NCBI RefSeq assembly: GCF_011386835.1
Contig: NC_088800.1
Span: 86,676,001 to 86,740,000 of the forward strand
Reading direction: 5' to 3'
Origin: Chrysemys picta bellii
Taxonomy: Eukaryota
DNA: 64,000 nucleotides
The translations under genes and the position numbers were made by a program. The first letter of the stretch is position 1; every line of letters begins with the position of its first letter. Below, piece by piece: positions 54,001 to 64,000 of this stretch. The notes below the pieces were generated by a model. It did no database searches. It was not told where the DNA came from and was given only the letters and a program-made list of their open reading frames with translations.

Positions 54001-55104
54001 TGAACTGGGGAAATCCTGTGCCAAAAAGTTAAATATTCTGAAAATAATAATTCTGTGCACAATATTTTAAAATTCTGCAAAATTCAGCGTATTTTATTTG
54101 TCAGAATAATATAATCACACCAGTTTCAATTATTTGTGGTCATTTATTTCAAAATACCTGTCAGCGAGTATGTAATACAGACAACAAAAAAAGATTCAGG
54201 AAATGTTTTTTTGACAAATAGATTCCTTGCTAGGCATATTAATACAGAACTGAGTAATAATTCATTTAAACTGCACTACAGAACTGTATTTCCCGCACCC
54301 CTCAGAAACAATGCAAAAGTTTGGGGGAGTCAGGGGAGGGGAGTAAATTGCTGGGAAGGAGACGGGGTGTGAACCTGGAGGGTTGTTGGTATGGGTGGGA
54401 AAAGTATGGAACAGGTTTTTTTTGGGGGGGGGGGGCGGGGAGGGATTGTTAGGGAACTTCCCCCATGCAGACCCTGGCTTACCCCTAGCCTCTCCCATTC
54501 AGTCAGGCACATCTGCCCTGTCCCATGTATTATTGCACCCCCATGTGTCCCTCCACCCCCACTCAGACACCCCCTCCCCCCATCCCTATGTGGCCCTGTA
54601 CCACTCCCCCATCCCCGTGTGTCTCTGTGCCCCCACCCAGCCACTCCCTGTCCCTGTGCAGCTCTGCACCCCTCCCCCATCACCATGTGGCCCTGCATCT
54701 CCCTCCCTGCTGTGCCTCCACTCCCATTCAGCCCCTGCCCCAGTCTGTCCTCCCCCACTAGCCTGTATGAGCCCCTGTCTGACCCATTCAGCACCGCATG
54801 CTGTCTATCTCCCCATAGCCCCTGTCTCTTGACCTGGTCTGACAGGCTCTCTCTCTTCCCTCGCTGGCCAGGAGCTGCTGCTGTGTTCTATCGCCACAGC
54901 ACCCTCTGGTGTGCAAAAGGCAGAACTGCAGAAGTTATTTTCTGCTGGGAGCTGCAGCTGTTCTTGCACCACAGCGCCCTGGGGTGGGCAAACAGCAGAA
55001 CTGCAGCGACATTTTGTCAGCTTTTTTCTGCATAAAAAAATTAATAATATGCACGGCTCATTAATTATGCACATGCGCAGTAGTGCAGAATTTCCCCAGG
55101 AGTA
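54001..55104. mobile_element. ~1.1 kb non-autonomous DNA transposon, same terminal family as 131-1243, opposite orientation
   Basis: Right end gtgcagaatttccccaggagta; left region aattctgtgcacaatattttaaaattctgcaaa mirrors 1170-1210. Confidence 0.75.
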
Positions 55105-55378
55105 AAAGTGCAAGTGTCTGGCCCCAGCTTTGCTTGTCTGCACACGGATAAATGAGCCCACAGACATGCAAAGTGTAAGCTAATAAATTTGGCCTCCCTT
55201 CCCATTTGTCAGACAGTTTTCTTTGAAAGTGCAAATTACCCAGTTTCTTTGCTTTCTTTGGGCGGATTCAGTAAAAGCAGTTGCCCACAACTGGCTGAGT
55301 CATGGCTGGCTCTTGGTGGGACAGCGAATGCTCAGCGAAACGAGACAAGGGGGGGTGAGGTAATAGATTTTCTGGGAC

Positions 55379-56074
55379 TAGGGTTGCCAACTTTCTAATA
55401 GCACAAAACCGAACACTCTTGTCCTGCCCCGTCCCTGAGACCCCACCCCTGCTCGCTCTCCCCAACCCTCACTCACTTTCACTGTGCTGGGGCAGGGGGT
55501 TGGGGTGTGGGTTAGGGTGAGGGCTCCGGCTGGGGGTGTGGGCTCTGGGGTGGGGCCGGGGATGAGGGGTTTGGGATGTGGGAGAGGGCTCCGGGATGGG
55601 GCAGGGGGTTGGGGTGAGGGCTCCGGCTGGGGGCGCAGGCTCCGGGGTGGGGACAGGGATGAAGAGTTGGGATGTGGGAAAGGGCTCGGGGAGGGGGCAG
55701 GGGTGCAGGAGGAGAGTGAGGGCTCCGGCTGGGGGTGCAGGCTTTGGGGTGGGGCCGGGGATGAGGGCTCCGGGATGAGGCAGGGGGTTGGGCTGTGGGC
55801 TCCAGACTGGGGCGGGGTCCCAGTGGTGCTTAGCAAGACTCCCAGGAAGCAGCCGCCAGGGCAGCCCGTAGGCACATGGGCAGCCAGGGAGGCACCGCGT
55901 GCTGCCCCGCCCCCCGTGCCCGCTGGCTCCGCCCCTATAGCTCCCATTGGTCATGGTTCCTGGCCAATGGGAGCTGCGGAGCCGGGGCAGCGTGCTGAGC
56001 CTCCCTGGCTGCCCACGCCCCTAGGAACAGCTCCCTGCCCTACGCCGGGCGCAAACTGGAGCCCGGCAACCCCA
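55379..56074. mobile_element. hAT-type element (TAGGGTTGCCAAC) with internal GC-rich tandem repeats
   Basis: Left tagggttgccaac; probable right ggcaacccca; repeated gagggctccggctggggg units; no TSD seen. Confidence 0.7.
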
Positions 56075-56285
56075 GCGCCACCGGCCCGGCCCCTCGGCAG
56101 GAGCGGGGCCTGGAGCAAGACGAGGCCCGTGGGTCCGCCGGCGGCTTGGCTGGGCCGCTACGGTGGCCGGGCGGGGCCGATCGCAGAGCAATCCTCGGGG
56201 CGGCTGGGTACGGTGGCCGGCTGGGACCGGCACCTGGCGTTTCCCGGCAACCTTTGCGCTCTATGTTGTTCATGACACAACCAAC

Positions 56286-56609
56286 ATGGCCGCCGCCGCC
56301 TGCGGGGACTGTGAGTCTGGGCGTCCCCTCCCCCACAGCCGGTCTCCTGCCCCTCCCCCCGGGGCCTTGCGTGGGGCGGGGGCGTCTGCCCCGGGTGGGG
56401 CCGGGCCTGCGTGAGGCCAGCTCCCCGCTCCCGGGCTAGCGGCGCAGCGGGGGCTCGGGCCGGCGAGGCGGGCGGCTGCGCGGCCCCCGGGCGCAGCGGG
56501 GGCTCGGGCTGGGAGGGGCCCGCGGGGGAGGCCGGGCCGGGCGGAGCGGGGCCTGGCGAGAAGAGCCCCCCCCCCGGTGTTACCATCAGCCCCGCTTCCC
56601 CCCTTAGGA
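56286..56609 (+). other. Putative COG7 leader exon (ends 56310), 297-nt 5' UTR intron (56311-56607) and spliced uORF MAAAACGD*
   Basis: ccaacATGg, donor ACT|gtgagt, acceptor cttcccccttag|GA; the junction T+GA makes TGA. Confidence 0.6.
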
Positions 56610-56653
56610 GCCCGGCGCTGATCGGCGGCGGCGGAGCGGGAGCGGCCCCGGCG

Positions 56654-63304
<6,651 letters not shown>

Positions 63305-64000
63305 TGAAGTAGTTCCTTGGTTTAGCCTGTAGGGGGGGGCTGCCACTCTGGTCATCTCACTTGTCCAATTTAAACTGAGGATGACGCCTGTTCTCTTCCA
63401 CATTTCATCCACCTGAATCTTTTCCTGGCTGTGATTACTCCACACGAGGGGGTTTGGGGAATAAGTCTCCAAAGGAGTCTTCTTGTGCCTTCCTACAGCA
63501 GCTAGTAGGCCAAATGAAAAATGTACTTGTGCATCCCTCTGTGCCCTGAAAAGGTGTTTAGTGGTTGCTTTTTCCTCCTTTTATGATTTCTGGTTGTTAT
63601 AAACTTTATTGTAATTTGCTGCTGCTGAATTATGGAAACTCTCTTCAGATGGGATTGGAATTCTGGATGGTTCATTGACCTTAACCTGATCCTCCAAAGC
63701 CCTATTATCAGTGGGCCTTGTGCGGATTAGCTTCAGGGCTGGGGCCTGCCAAATATTTCAACTGTTATGGGGTGGTATTGGTTTCAGTCTCATTTATGAG
63801 CAAAATACCAAGGTTAATTAAATCTTTGGATAAGCCAAGAAGCTTTTAAAGTCTGAGCCCTCTTGGGTGCTGAATGATCGCAGGGTGGTGCGTTCAAATC
63901 TGAGGGATGCTGCCTTTGAGGAAAAGCAGTTTCCCTAGGACATGTCTCTGTTTGAGTTAACAAGGCCCAGTTCTGTAGCGTGAGTGACTTTTATTACCCC

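Overview
Vertebrate genomic DNA, almost certainly from a turtle. The assignment rests on a tRNA-derived turtle SINE, turtle-type CR1 LINEs and Penelope-like fragments. The window carries the gene block known from human 16p12.2: UBFD1 (minus strand, 7 coding exons, 294 aa) head-to-head with EARS2 (plus, 9 exons, 525 aa), then GGA2 (plus, 17 exons, 628 aa) and the first five coding exons of COG7 (plus, running off the right end). I traced every exon by hand from GT/AG sites and phase continuity, and compared the proteins with human sequences recalled from memory. Introns are dense in MITEs, CR1, CORE-SINE and LF-SINE relics. No prokaryotic-type system (CRISPR, operon) is present, and I cannot support a wholly new gene system. 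The best second-look items are six: (1) a minimal hammerhead ribozyme with a variant core in a TSD-flanked Penelope fragment; (2) a COG7 leader exon whose strong-Kozak uORF gets its stop codon only by splicing; (3) a GGA1/GGA3-type autoinhibitory DXXLM motif retained in the GGA2 hinge; (4) a 150-bp-arm foldback in EARS2 intron 8; (5) a sense-oriented solo LTR in GGA2 intron 5; (6) a G-rich 38-bp minisatellite just behind GGA2 exon 1. Repeat family names are pattern recognition from memory, not database hits.
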